Shown here: piece by piece, positions 1 through 9,904 of the stretch
Layout: the number at the start of each line of letters is the position of its first letter
Position numbering within the stretch: the stretch's first letter is position 1
Sequence record: OZ035811.1
Direction: 5' to 3' (one strand)
From: Dhillonvirus LM40P1
Length of the DNA stretch: 45,013 nt
Translations under genes and position numbers: made by a program
Notes under the pieces: model-generated
Told to the model about the DNA's origin: nothing
What the model saw: the letters and a program-made list of their open reading frames with translations, nothing else
Database searches by the model: none

Positions 1-29
1 CGGCGCATATGCATAAAGGGGTTATTATC

Positions 30-581
30 ATGGCAGAAATCAAGGTAAAAGGCCGTCGTGCGAAGTTAGACGGGCGAGTCGCAGTCACTCCACGCCGCAA
101 ACCGGGCGAGCAAACCGAACACACCAATCTCGGACCTGAAATCGAGTACGGCAAACGCCGGAAAGGGGGCAAGTGTGGTCGTCCTACTGATTATCGGTCT
201 GTTTATTGTCGCCAGTTGCGAGATTATTTTGCTTCAGCCGACGCATGGCAAGTCAACTACTCGGACAAGGGTGCGGCGCAAGTTATCCCACGTAACAAGA
301 TGCCAACACTTGGGCGCTTTGCGGCGGAAATCGGGGTAGGCGTAGCATGTCTGTATCGCTGGGCGCGTAAGCACGAAGAATTTGCCGAGGCGATGGCGGA
401 CGCGATGGAACTGCAAAAGACCTTTCTCATGGAAGCGGGTGGCGTGACTATTGCTGCGGGCTTTGCTGCATTCCTGCTTAAAGCCAACCACGGCGTACGC
501 GACGATGCACCGCTGGAAGATGACGACGATGATAACGGCGACGTCACTGTGGAGCCAGCCGGTAAAGGGCAGGGCGAGTAA
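30..581 (+). CDS. putative terminase small subunit
   Basis: ATG at 30 with AAAGGGG SD 8 nt upstream; basic N-terminus, acidic C-terminus; sits immediately upstream of and overlaps (TAATG) the large terminase gene. Confidence 0.45.
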   Translation: MAEIKVKGRRAKLDGRVAVTPRRKPGEQTEHTNLGPEIEYGKRRKGGKCGRPTDYRSVYCRQLRDYFASADAWQVNYSDKGAAQVIPRNKMPTLGRFAAEIGVGVACLYRWARKHEEFAEAMADAMELQKTFLMEAGGVTIAAGFAAFLLKANHGVRDDAPLEDDDDDNGDVTVEPAGKGQGE

Positions 582-1966
582 TGCGTAACTACGCGGCAGA
601 GCACCGCGCACTAGATCGCAAGCTGGCGAAACGCAACCGTCCGCCTAAACCTACCCGTGTAGCGCAAGCGGTCCGGCTATACCAGCCGGATTGCCTGCCG
701 CACCAGGTAGAGCTACTCCGCGACACGAAGACCAAAATCCTCGGCCTGTGTTCCGGCTTCGGCGGTGGAAAGTCATGGTCGGCGGCCCGTAAAGTCGTCC
801 AGCTTCTGTGCCTGAATCCTGGCTATGACGGCATTGTGACCGAGCCGACAATCCCGCTTCTGGTTAAAATCATGTACCCGGAGCTAGAGAAGTCTTTCGA
901 CGAGGCCGGTTTGCGCTGGAAGTTCAATAAACAGGATAAGATTTATAACGTACTGGTGAAGGGTAAATGGACCCGCGTAATTTGCGAGTCAATGGAGAAC
1001 TACACCCGCTTGATCGGTATTAACGCCGCGTGGATTGTTGCCGATGAGTTCGACACCACGAAGCAGGACGTCGCTATGGCGGCGTATCACAAGCTACTCG
1101 GTCGTTTGCGTGCCGGTAATGTGCGTCAGTTCGTCATCGTATCCACGCCAGAAGGCTTCCGGGCGATGTATCAGATTTTCGAAGTGGAGAAGGATAGCCA
1201 GAAACGTCTGATCCGGGCGAAGACTACCGACAACTTCCACTTACCGCCAGACTTCATCGACACGCTGCGAAGCCAGTACCCGGCAAACCTGATTGACGCA
1301 TACCTGGACGGTAAATTCGTCAACCTTACATCAGGTGCGGTGTACAAGATGTTCGACCGTGAGCAGAACGCCAGTACCGAGGAAGTGCAGCCAGAAGACA
1401 CGCTAATCATTGGCATGGACTTTAACGTCACGAAGATGGCGGCTGTGGTGTACGTCAGACGGCAGCGAGTCACGGAGGCGAAGGAGTTCCGCGACGAAAT
1501 CCACGCAGTCGATGAGTTTGTTGACTTGTTCGATACGCCTGCAATGATTGACGAGATTGAGGCACGCTACCCCGATCATTGTGCTGCCGGTAAGGTGGTG
1601 ATTTACCCGGATAGCAGTGGCAAGTCCCGTAAGACGGTCAACGCGTCCTCTTCGGATATTGCACAACTGGAAGACGCAGGCTTTGAGGTGGAATATGACA
1701 GCGTTAACCCGCCGGTAAAAGACCGCCTGATTGCCATGAATACGATGATGTGTAACTCGAAGGGTGTGCGTCAGTATTTTGTGAATATGGCTAAATGCCC
1801 TACACTGGCAAAATGTTTAGAACAGCAGGTTTACGACCTGAAGAAAGGCGAGCCGGATAAAACGGCCGGTGTGGACCACATGAATGACGCCGCGGGCTAT
1901 CCGATTGTGCACCTGTTCCCTGTGATTCGACCGATTGCCGTTGTTCCGACCGTCGATTTCTACTAA
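581..1966 (+). CDS. terL: terminase large subunit
   Basis: Walker A-like GFGGGKSW and Walker B-like WIVADEFD in the translation; position ahead of portal. Confidence 0.8.
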   Translation: MRNYAAEHRALDRKLAKRNRPPKPTRVAQAVRLYQPDCLPHQVELLRDTKTKILGLCSGFGGGKSWSAARKVVQLLCLNPGYDGIVTEPTIPLLVKIMYPELEKSFDEAGLRWKFNKQDKIYNVLVKGKWTRVICESMENYTRLIGINAAWIVADEFDTTKQDVAMAAYHKLLGRLRAGNVRQFVIVSTPEGFRAMYQIFEVEKDSQKRLIRAKTTDNFHLPPDFIDTLRSQYPANLIDAYLDGKFVNLTSGAVYKMFDREQNASTEEVQPEDTLIIGMDFNVTKMAAVVYVRRQRVTEAKEFRDEIHAVDEFVDLFDTPAMIDEIEARYPDHCAAGKVVIYPDSSGKSRKTVNASSSDIAQLEDAGFEVEYDSVNPPVKDRLIAMNTMMCNSKGVRQYFVNMAKCPTLAKCLEQQVYDLKKGEPDKTAGVDHMNDAAGYPIVHLFPVIRPIAVVPTVDFY

Positions 1967-1978
1967 GAGGATAATTTA

Positions 1979-3499
1979 ATGTCTGTAAACGTGGACAACC
2001 AACACCCACTCTACGCGCGCATTGCGCCTGAGTGGAAGATGATCCGTGACTGCGTTGCAGGTGAAAGGGCCGTTAAAGCGTGCGGCCCGCTTTACTTGCC
2101 GTTTCCGTCCAGTGGCGACAACACCGACCCAAAAGCGAAGGCCCGCTACAATGCATACAAGCAACGTGCGGTCTTCCTGAACGCCACCGCTCGCACGCTT
2201 AACGCGTTGCTGGGTATCGCCTTTGCGAAGCCAGTCACCATGAAGCTGTCCGGTAAAATCGCCGAGCTTATCGACGACGTAGACGGCAGCGGAATGCCAT
2301 TGCCGCAGTTACTGCGTGGAGCGATGTCGGAAGTGCTGCAATCCGGGCGAGCCGGTTTTATGGTGGACTATGACCGCCAGGCGCATTTTGACGAACTGGG
2401 TAACGTCGTGCCGCAAACCGCCGCAGAGATGGCGATGCACCGTCCGCTCATTAAGCTGTACACGGCAGAGCAGATCATCAATTGGCGACAGACCCACGGG
2501 CAGGACACCTTGATCGTGCTGAAAGAGTGCGACGAAATCAGCACCGAAGATACCGACGATTTCGCAAACCACGAAGTTACGATATGGACCGAGCTACGAA
2601 TGGTCAACGGCAAAGCACACGCCCGCCGCTGGTTTTTCAACGCAGACACGTCCGAAGTGCAGATGGATTTACCGCGTGGCTTTACCAAAACCGACCTGGT
2701 GCCGCTGGTAGATTCTGCCGGTCGCGCACTGGATAGCCTGCCGTTTTGCTGGTGTGGTGCGGTTGATAACAACGCCACCCCGGACGCCGCACCGCTGGCT
2801 GATATTGCGTCCATCAACATTAAGCACTACAACGCGGAAGCGGACGTTGCTGAGATTGCGCACATCGTAGGCCAGCCGACGCTAATCACTACCGGCCTGA
2901 CCCAATCATGGGCTGATAAAAACCTGAAGGGTGGCATCGCGCTCGGTGCGACGAAGGGCGTTATCCTGGGCCAGAACATGGACGCCAAACTGCTTCAGGC
3001 CGAAGAACGCAACCTGTCCGTGGCATTGTGTGAACGCCGTGAGAAACAGATGGCTAAACTCGGTGCGGCGCTGGTGGAGAAGGGGAGCGCACCTAAAACG
3101 GCAACAGAAGCGGCCTACGACGCGCAGACTGATAACAGTATCTTGTCGCTGATTGCCGGTAACGTTGAGAAGGCATTCAACAAGGCGCTTCAGATCGTGC
3201 AGTTGTTCACTGGTGACACCGCCGAGCAGACTGTAACCCTGAACAAGTTCTACACCGAAATCACGGTGGATGCGCAGTTGATGACAGCAATGATGAGCGG
3301 TGTACAGACTGGGACGGTCCGTCTTTCTGATTTCATCAAATGGATGATGGCACAGGGTGTAATCGACGATTCGCAGACTGTAGACCAGGTGGAAGACGAC
3401 TTGCGGAATCAGAATCCGTTGCCGCAAATGTCACCGGATGCGGTAAACTTGGACGATGACGAATCGGACAAGGTAGATGACGATGCCGAGGAAAATTAA
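1979..3499 (+). CDS. portal protein
   Basis: 506 aa ORF directly after terminase with AGAGGA SD; size and gene order typical of portal; acidic C-terminus. Confidence 0.7.
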   Translation: MSVNVDNQHPLYARIAPEWKMIRDCVAGERAVKACGPLYLPFPSSGDNTDPKAKARYNAYKQRAVFLNATARTLNALLGIAFAKPVTMKLSGKIAELIDDVDGSGMPLPQLLRGAMSEVLQSGRAGFMVDYDRQAHFDELGNVVPQTAAEMAMHRPLIKLYTAEQIINWRQTHGQDTLIVLKECDEISTEDTDDFANHEVTIWTELRMVNGKAHARRWFFNADTSEVQMDLPRGFTKTDLVPLVDSAGRALDSLPFCWCGAVDNNATPDAAPLADIASINIKHYNAEADVAEIAHIVGQPTLITTGLTQSWADKNLKGGIALGATKGVILGQNMDAKLLQAEERNLSVALCERREKQMAKLGAALVEKGSAPKTATEAAYDAQTDNSILSLIAGNVEKAFNKALQIVQLFTGDTAEQTVTLNKFYTEITVDAQLMTAMMSGVQTGTVRLSDFIKWMMAQGVIDDSQTVDQVEDDLRNQNPLPQMSPDAVNLDDDESDKVDDDAEEN

Positions 3500-4586
3500 C
3501 CAACGACTGGCGGATCGCATGATTCGCCGTCACATATTCACCCAGCGCCTGAGCAATGAGCAGGCGCGTAAAGTGCTGGCAATGTGGCAAAAATTCCGTC
3601 CTACGTTACTTGGTAAGCTGACCGAATTACTTGAGGGCAAGAAGTCAATGAGCAATAAGGCGCTTACCACTCTGCTAACCCAAATCGACAAAACGGTTAA
3701 GACCGAACTGCGCGACGAGTTTAAAGTGCTGGCTGAAGGTCTGGCGGAGTTTGCCGATACCGAGGCTGAATATCTGACCGACACATTAACGGCAGCACTG
3801 CAACCTGCGCTTTCAGTCCCTGCCGTTGAGGTGGTTGGTGTAGTGACAGGTGCGCAGATTGCAGCGACGGCTATGAAAAATCCATTCCAGGGCAACACGC
3901 TTATGCAATGGCCTGATTCTCTGTCAGAATGGACCAGAACGCAGATCAGCAATCAGGTGCGCGCCGGATTTATCCAGGGCAAACCTACTATGCAAATTAT
4001 TGCGGACGTCAAGCGCGCGTTGGGCGGTCGTAGCGCGCAGGCCATTTCAAGCGTGGTCAAGTCCGCAGTCAACCACTATGCAGCGACCGCACGCGAATTA
4101 ATGGTAAAAGCAAATGATGATATTCTCGACGGTCGCCAGTGGCTTTCTACACTGGATACTCACACCTCAACGCTCTGTCAGTTACGCGATCGCCTGTTTT
4201 ATCCGGTTGATGTTACCCCCGAAACAAAAGGGAAACGGGACGGGAAAGTGGTGGCTGGATCACAGTATGGCGCTGGTCCGGGCAAGCTACATTATTGTTG
4301 CCGTTCTACCGAGACGTGGAAAGTCAAGGGTATGGAAGATTGGCCCAGTGGTAAGCGTCCGGCACTGAAGGCCGAAGCGGGTAAACTGCTAAGTGAGCAG
4401 GTCAGTGCTAAGACGGACTTCTTCTCCTGGGTACAGCGCCAGCCGCGGCATATCCTTGAGGAATTATACGGAGTGCAGCGCGCGGACCAGATCTTGCGGG
4501 GCGTGAAAGTTCCGACCATGTTTAACGACGCGGGCGAGCTTATGACGATTCAACAACTGAAAAATAAGGGGTTATGGCGTGATTAA
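3477..4586 (+). CDS. minor head / head morphogenesis protein (SPP1 gp7 or Mu F-like position)
   Basis: 369 aa ORF overlapping portal 3' end; conserved position after portal. Confidence 0.45.
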   Translation: MTMPRKINQRLADRMIRRHIFTQRLSNEQARKVLAMWQKFRPTLLGKLTELLEGKKSMSNKALTTLLTQIDKTVKTELRDEFKVLAEGLAEFADTEAEYLTDTLTAALQPALSVPAVEVVGVVTGAQIAATAMKNPFQGNTLMQWPDSLSEWTRTQISNQVRAGFIQGKPTMQIIADVKRALGGRSAQAISSVVKSAVNHYAATARELMVKANDDILDGRQWLSTLDTHTSTLCQLRDRLFYPVDVTPETKGKRDGKVVAGSQYGAGPGKLHYCCRSTETWKVKGMEDWPSGKRPALKAEAGKLLSEQVSAKTDFFSWVQRQPRHILEELYGVQRADQILRGVKVPTMFNDAGELMTIQQLKNKGLWRD

Positions 4587-4887
4587 ATACGCAGCAGTCG
4601 GATTGATTCTCGGCCTTGTAATTGGGTTCTGGCAAGGTGACAACTATCGTGCTGGCGTGGTGGCGGAGGCGGCGCAGGAAGCGCAAGCCAAAGCCCAACG
4701 GCAGCAAACTAAGGTAATCCATGAGTCGGTACAGAAAGAGCAGGCCCGCGAAGTGGAGTTCCGCACAGTTGAGAAAGAGGTGATTAAATATGTCACGCGT
4801 CCTGATCGCGATAATTGTAAGTTTGATGCTGACCGCGTGCGGATCAAGCAACGTGCCGTTGATGCCGCTAACGGAATCAGCAATTAA
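4579..4887 (+). CDS. i-spanin (Rz-like)
   Basis: GTG start with AAGGGG SD; N-terminal TM helix AAVGLILGLVIGFW followed by Ala/Gln/Glu-rich coiled-coil region and C-terminal Cys. Confidence 0.6.
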   Translation: MIKYAAVGLILGLVIGFWQGDNYRAGVVAEAAQEAQAKAQRQQTKVIHESVQKEQAREVEFRTVEKEVIKYVTRPDRDNCKFDADRVRIKQRAVDAANGISN

Positions 4888-5020
4888 GCCGCCGTGTAAG
4901 TTTGAGTCGCCATCGGAAGATCCGGACGAAGATTTAGCGATTGATGTGCGAAATATGAAATGCGGGGCGGAGTTAAGGGCACAAGTGCTGGATTTGCAGA
5001 AATTAATTAAGGGGCCGTAA
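4790..5020 (+). CDS. o-spanin (Rz1-like outer membrane lipoprotein)
   Basis: Starts inside the Rz-like gene in another frame; signal peptide with lipobox LTAC; short Pro-containing mature part; GAGGTG SD. Confidence 0.6.
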   Translation: MSRVLIAIIVSLMLTACGSSNVPLMPLTESAIKPPCKFESPSEDPDEDLAIDVRNMKCGAELRAQVLDLQKLIKGP

Positions 5021-5032
5021 TGGCCCCTTTCT
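5008..5032. terminator. bidirectional rho-independent terminator
   Basis: AGGGGCC...GGCCCCT hairpin followed by T-run, flanked by A-run; sits between convergent genes. Confidence 0.5.
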
Positions 5033-5033
5033 A

Positions 5034-5795
5034 TTAGCGCGGAATACCGCAGATTTCGTTTAGTGTCTTCACGTCAAGCGCTACTGCCGTTGACTTCTTC
5101 TCTTCCTGCGGGATGAACTGTTTCACTTCAGGCCATGCCTTAATAAGTTTGGTGTCTGTAGTGTACTTATTCAGAGTACCCATAACTGACAATTTAAACT
5201 CATCGTATTTAGCACGTAAATCGCGGCGCGCCTTGTCGTTCTTATCCAGACGTTTGCAAAATTCATGCTCTGCCGGGTAATCTGCACGACCGCGAGGCTT
5301 GTAGATCGGCACTTGCTCACCTTCCGCGTTAATTTCCACCAGCGCCGTAAGTAGCGCAGTTTCAAACCCAGGTACGATTTCGCCAATGTCCGGGGCCATC
5401 GAGTTATTGTAGCGGTCTTCCCAGTAGCCTCGGTGACAGCGGCTGCTGTAGTTATCACCGCTCAATGACAGTGTGCGGATGTTACCACCCATGTTGACTT
5501 CGAACGTTGCATCGTACACAGCACCAATGCCGTGGGGCATGTCCTTGTTATGGCTGAAGGTTGCACGGCTGGCGTACACGCTTATGCTAAACATGCCGTT
5601 ATTTGTGTCTTGATAGCTGCGCATCATTTTCTGCAACCCAACGAAGCTGGTAACACCTTTCGGCATCTGATCCAGAGTGATAGCCAGCGCCAGGTCGCGC
5701 GATTCGGTCATTAACTTTTTGGCCTGCTTCGTGATTTCGTGGCCTGCCAGGATGTTAGCCAGGATTTGCTTTTTAATGTCTTTAGTCAGTCTCAT
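5034..5795 (-). CDS. hypothetical protein (antisense insert in the late block)
   Basis: ATG at 5795 (internal to listed ORF) with GAGGAAA SD; 253 aa; own promoter and terminator; no motif recognised. Confidence 0.6.
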   Translation of the reverse strand: MRLTKDIKKQILANILAGHEITKQAKKLMTESRDLALAITLDQMPKGVTSFVGLQKMMRSYQDTNNGMFSISVYASRATFSHNKDMPHGIGAVYDATFEVNMGGNIRTLSLSGDNYSSRCHRGYWEDRYNNSMAPDIGEIVPGFETALLTALVEINAEGEQVPIYKPRGRADYPAEHEFCKRLDKNDKARRDLRAKYDEFKLSVMGTLNKYTTDTKLIKAWPEVKQFIPQEEKKSTAVALDVKTLNEICGIPR

Positions 5796-5825
5796 TGTTG
5801 TTTCCTCGTTTGTTGGTGTGCAACC

Positions 5826-5854
5826 AATATATTGCAACCAATTAGCCAATGCAA
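5826..5854 (-). promoter_or_regulatory. sigma70-like promoter (TTGCAT-17-TATATT) with ATTGGTTGCA repeats
   Basis: -35/-10 hexamers at 17 bp spacing on minus strand, about 30 bp upstream of the 5795 start; same architecture as four other leftward promoters. Confidence 0.5.
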
Positions 5855-5944
5855 GCAAATTTTGTGATTATTTTTATCACTGATAATATTAAGGGCGTGA
5901 AGTCGAGCGGGTGGCCCGCTCTGCCACAATCCCTGGGGGATGTT

Positions 5945-6649
5945 ATGAAACTGACTAAAGCAGAATATGACGCGTTGCCTGAAGGCATGAAAGCATTGTT
6001 TGTTGCCGATGGTGACGGGTACAAGGCGACGTTTATGACCGCCGAAGAAGTACAGGCCGAGATCAAAGGTCTGAAGGATAACAACGCGAAGCTGGTAGGC
6101 GAGAAAAAGGCAGAAGCCGAACGCCGTGCCGAAGCGGAGCGACTCGCTAAAGAGAAAGAGGAAGCCGCAGCGCGCAAGAACGGCGACCTTGAAGCGATCG
6201 ATAAGTCCTGGCAGGACAAGTTTACTAAATACGATGCGGATACGAAGGGCAAAATCGAAGCCTACCGCAAACAGATTCACGATCTTACCATCGGCAGCAC
6301 TGCCAAAGACCTGGCATCAAAGCTGTTCGGTAAGAACGCTGGCATTATGCAACGCCACGTCATGGACCGCCTTGCGCTGGAAGAAGGCGAAGACGGCAGT
6401 CTGAAAGTGCGCGTATTGCAGGACGGCAAACCATCCGCACTGACTCTGGAAGAACTGGAGAAAGAGTTCCGTAGTAACGAAGATTTCGCGTCCGTCCTGG
6501 CGGGTACGCCTGCCGGTGGTGCGCCGAGCAAACCGACCCATGTAATCGACGATCCGAAATCTAAGATTCAGATGGGTCATAGCTTCGGCATCACTGACTT
6601 GACCAAACAGGCCAGCGATATTATCGCCAAACTGGGCGACGACGAGTAA
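5945..6649 (+). CDS. putative capsid scaffolding protein
   Basis: ATG at 5945 with GGGGGA SD; charged coiled-coil-type sequence (KKAEAERRAEAERLAKEKEE); directly upstream of major capsid gene. Confidence 0.5.
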   Translation: MKLTKAEYDALPEGMKALFVADGDGYKATFMTAEEVQAEIKGLKDNNAKLVGEKKAEAERRAEAERLAKEKEEAAARKNGDLEAIDKSWQDKFTKYDADTKGKIEAYRKQIHDLTIGSTAKDLASKLFGKNAGIMQRHVMDRLALEEGEDGSLKVRVLQDGKPSALTLEELEKEFRSNEDFASVLAGTPAGGAPSKPTHVIDDPKSKIQMGHSFGITDLTKQASDIIAKLGDDE

Positions 6650-6654
6650 GCAGG

Positions 6655-6678
6655 TTGCCCGCGAAAGCGGGCAATTTT
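6655..6678 (+). terminator. rho-independent terminator / attenuator
   Basis: TTGCCCGC gaaa GCGGGCAA hairpin followed by TTTT. Confidence 0.5.
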
Positions 6679-6746
6679 GCGAGCGTGAAAAATTAGGGTA
6701 ACATTAAAAGCACTGGGCGATTGCTCTCTACTCAAAGGATAAACTT

Positions 6747-7868
6747 ATGTCTTTAACAGTGTTCCAGCGTAAACTCGTCACCGCGGTTACGCAAATGATC
6801 CCCGACAACTTGAACGTCTTCAACGCTGCCGCTAACGGCGCGGTCGTTCTCGGTACTGGCGAAGTGCTGAAAGATGTTGTCGAGAAGATGTCTGTAGGTC
6901 TGATCGCCAACCTGGTGTCTGACCGTAACGCATATGCCCCGGTTGGTACTCCTGCCGATGCGAAAGTGCTGGCGCGTATGCTGACCAACTCCGTTAACCT
7001 GTCCGCGAAAGTCGGTCCTGTTGCAATCACCAAAGCTATGATGGCTAAAATCGAAACCAACGTTAACAGCGTTGCGGCTGAGATTGCGGCACAGGCTACT
7101 CAAGCTATCTTGCTGCACTACCTGAAAGCGGGTATCGGCGCTGGTAAAGCTGCGATCGACTCTAACGCTGCGGCGAAATATACCCAACCGGCGCGCGTTG
7201 ACGGTGTAGGCGGTCGTACCTTCCCGACCCTGGCAGACTTCCCGCTGGCGGCGGCTAAGTTCGGCGATCAGGCATCTCTGATTAAGTCCTGGTTTATGGA
7301 CGGTGTGACCTGGGCTAACTTCATTGCATATCAGGCGCTGCCTTCTGCTGAGCAGGTGTTCGCGATCGGCGACCTTCAGGTAATGGGTGATGGCTTAGGC
7401 CGCCGCTTTATTATCTCCGATGCCGCTGCCGATGCAATGGGCGCTGGCAAAATGCTGGGTCTTGTTCCGGGCGCGGTAGCAGTTACTACCAACGGTCTGG
7501 ATATGCTGGCGCAGGAGCGTGGTGGTAACGAGAACATCGAGCGCTGGTGGCAGGGTGAGTTTGACTTTAACGTCGCTGTTAAAGGCTATCGCATGACCGC
7601 GGCAGCACGCGCAGGCGTTGAAGGCGTCCGTTCCTTCAAACTGGCTGATATTACCAATACCAGTAACTGGGAACTGGATCAGGGCCAGGTCGATAACGCG
7701 CCGTACACTACCTACGACGTTGGCGGCACGGATACTGAAGAGGGATCTACCACTTCACTGAAAGAGAAAGGTCGTCGTCGTAAGCAGGACGCGCAGGCCG
7801 TACCGACCCGCCACATCAAGGAAACTGCCGGTGTGTTGGTAACTCTGACGGCAACCACCGCATCTTAA
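6747..7868 (+). CDS. major capsid protein
   Basis: 373 aa ORF with strong AAAGGA SD, flanked by terminators on both sides, positioned after scaffold gene. Confidence 0.7.
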   Translation: MSLTVFQRKLVTAVTQMIPDNLNVFNAAANGAVVLGTGEVLKDVVEKMSVGLIANLVSDRNAYAPVGTPADAKVLARMLTNSVNLSAKVGPVAITKAMMAKIETNVNSVAAEIAAQATQAILLHYLKAGIGAGKAAIDSNAAAKYTQPARVDGVGGRTFPTLADFPLAAAKFGDQASLIKSWFMDGVTWANFIAYQALPSAEQVFAIGDLQVMGDGLGRRFIISDAAADAMGAGKMLGLVPGAVAVTTNGLDMLAQERGGNENIERWWQGEFDFNVAVKGYRMTAAARAGVEGVRSFKLADITNTSNWELDQGQVDNAPYTTYDVGGTDTEEGSTTSLKEKGRRRKQDAQAVPTRHIKETAGVLVTLTATTAS

Positions 7869-7886
7869 TCGGTGCATACCCAAACG

Positions 7887-7912
7887 GGGCGGGCTTAAGC
7901 CCGCCTTTTTTA
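7887..7912 (+). terminator. rho-independent terminator
   Basis: GGCGGGC ttaa GCCCGCC hairpin followed by TTTTTT. Confidence 0.6.
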
Positions 7913-7925
7913 TAGGAGCAATATC

Positions 7926-8426
7926 ATGTATGGCGACCCACAAACATTTGTAGATTATGCCAACGCGCGAGGCGTAGAAGTCACATTGGGTGATGCAACG
8001 CAGCACTTGACCGTCGTTAACGACTTCCTGAACGGCCTCGACTGGATCGGCGACCCTGCGGACCCTCTCGGCGTCGATGCGTGGCCTCGTATGAATTTCA
8101 CCTCCGACGGTAAGCCAATCCGCGAAACGGACACGCTTGACATCACCACTATTCCGAAAGGCCAGCAAGTCGAGTTTTCTGCAATTCCCGTTGCCGTTGA
8201 GCAGGCGGTTTATCGACTTGCCTTGCTGGTGGCGGACGGCATTGATATTTCACCCATCGGCGGTGGTAAAGAAACAATCCGCGAAACGGTTGGCCCGATT
8301 ACGATGGAATATGACCCGTCTACCTTTGGCGGTTATGTTTCGTTCCCGTGGTGGGACGGTATGCTGAGCTACTGGTTGAACACCGAAGGCAACGCAGCCG
8401 GTAACTTTGACGTATACAGAGGTTGA
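7926..8426 (+). CDS. structural protein (head completion / connector candidate)
   Basis: ATG with AGGAG SD; position between capsid and tail genes. Confidence 0.4.
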   Translation: MYGDPQTFVDYANARGVEVTLGDATQHLTVVNDFLNGLDWIGDPADPLGVDAWPRMNFTSDGKPIRETDTLDITTIPKGQQVEFSAIPVAVEQAVYRLALLVADGIDISPIGGGKETIRETVGPITMEYDPSTFGGYVSFPWWDGMLSYWLNTEGNAAGNFDVYRG

Positions 8427-8428
8427 TT

Positions 8429-8548
8429 ATGAATCCTGCAATCATCGTAGCGATGCTGGCGGCGTTGGCTACTAAAGAAGACGAGCCAGAAGTAGAACAA
8501 CCGGAGCCGGAACAACCAGAAGGAGGCGAAGAGGATGGCGGGCTTTGA
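8429..8548 (+). CDS. small acidic protein (39 aa), unlisted short ORF
   Basis: ATG at 8429 with AGAGG SD; translation MNPAIIVAMLAALATKEDEPEVEQPEPEQPEGGEEDGGL; fills gap and overlaps next start. Confidence 0.3.
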   Translation: MNPAIIVAMLAALATKEDEPEVEQPEPEQPEGGEEDGGL

Positions 8549-8888
8549 CTATCGGGCGTTGAAACGGAAAGTTAATCCGTTGATTAAGAAATTTGGCATG
8601 AAGGTGATGGCATCACGTCCAGGCGGCGTGGTGCGCGTGGGCGGCGAGGAAGTGGTGACGCCGCCGTTATCGTTTGAAATCGTCGGCCTGCGTGAAGAAT
8701 ACAAGCCGCATGAGATAGACGGAACGCGTGTCCTTTCCGGGGACGTTAAATTTTTATGCCAGGCTACCGAGCAGTTGCAGGTTGGTGACACGGTTAATCT
8801 GAATAACATCGACTACCGCGTGGTGGATCCTAACCCCCTGCAACCGGCAGCTACAACAATGCTGTTCCAGTTACAGCTAAGGGGCTAA
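8535..8888 (+). CDS. head-tail joining protein candidate
   Basis: 117 aa ORF in conserved head-tail connector position. Confidence 0.4.
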   Translation: MAGFDYRALKRKVNPLIKKFGMKVMASRPGGVVRVGGEEVVTPPLSFEIVGLREEYKPHEIDGTRVLSGDVKFLCQATEQLQVGDTVNLNNIDYRVVDPNPLQPAATTMLFQLQLRG

Positions 8889-8889
8889 C

Positions 8890-9480
8890 GTGGCAGAACA
8901 GTATTCTTTCGCGGCTACGATCGCAACGTGGGTAGAGAAGACGAAAGAGAACAACGATAAGGCGGTGCGGGCGGTGGGTATGCAAATCCTCGGTCGCCTT
9001 ATCGAGATCTCGCCAGTTGGCGACCCGAAGCGCTGGAAGATTAACCGCGCTTTCGCCCTTGCGCGGGAACACGCTAACAGAGTTAACGCCGCACAGCGCA
9101 AGAAGAACGGCGGCAAACTGAAGCGAGGCCAGAAGAAGCACGCAAGCGTACTGGTTAGCTTCACGACGAAGAAAGGGCAGGTGACTTTCCGCCAGCGTGG
9201 CTGGGCAGCTAAGAATTACACCGGCGGGCGCTTCCGGGGAAACTGGCAGGTGTCATTTGATCGCCCGGCTACCGGTACAGTTGACCGCATCGACAAGGCG
9301 GGGGCCGCCACACTTGCCGCAGGGCGTGAGATTCTGGTGCAGTATGATTCGGACACGTACGGGTCGATCTGGTTTACTAACAATGTGCCGTATGCGCAGC
9401 GACTGGAGTACGGCTGGAGTAAACAAGCGCCCGCGGGCATCGTCCGCGTAGTGGCGGCAGAAATTAATTCGAAGGTGTGA
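8890..9480 (+). CDS. tail completion / neck protein candidate
   Basis: GTG start with AAGGGG SD; 196 aa; position before tail terminator-like gene. Confidence 0.4.
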   Translation: MAEQYSFAATIATWVEKTKENNDKAVRAVGMQILGRLIEISPVGDPKRWKINRAFALAREHANRVNAAQRKKNGGKLKRGQKKHASVLVSFTTKKGQVTFRQRGWAAKNYTGGRFRGNWQVSFDRPATGTVDRIDKAGAATLAAGREILVQYDSDTYGSIWFTNNVPYAQRLEYGWSKQAPAGIVRVVAAEINSKV

Positions 9481-9481
9481 T

Positions 9482-9904
9482 ATGAGCAATACTAAAATCC
9501 GGAAGGCGCTGAATAGCGTAGTGGAAGAGTTAGCCGCGGAATTGCAGACGGGTACGCGCATTATCCGCATCAACTGGGAGAATATTGCGGGCGACCACGC
9601 AGACGGCAACGGCATCTACCTAGAGCCGTACCTGCTACCGGCCCCGACCCAGTTTGTTGGCCTACAGCAGAAGGGCCGGATCTACGCGGGCGTGTATCAG
9701 GTTGCCGTAGTGTTCCCCGCGGACACGGGCACGCAGTATGCCAGTGAACTGGCGGACACCATTGCCGAGTCGCCAAAGTGGCAGAACGTGAAAATTGACG
9801 GCATGACGTTCCAGTTACAAGATGCACCGTACACCAGTCCGGTGACTGAAGATATTGACGCGGCGCGCATTGTAATCACGGTTATGTACCACGGTTGCGC
9901 CTGA
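9482..9904 (+). CDS. tail terminator-like protein candidate
   Basis: 140 aa ORF immediately upstream of major tail protein gene. Confidence 0.4.
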   Translation: MSNTKIRKALNSVVEELAAELQTGTRIIRINWENIAGDHADGNGIYLEPYLLPAPTQFVGLQQKGRIYAGVYQVAVVFPADTGTQYASELADTIAESPKWQNVKIDGMTFQLQDAPYTSPVTEDIDAARIVITVMYHGCA

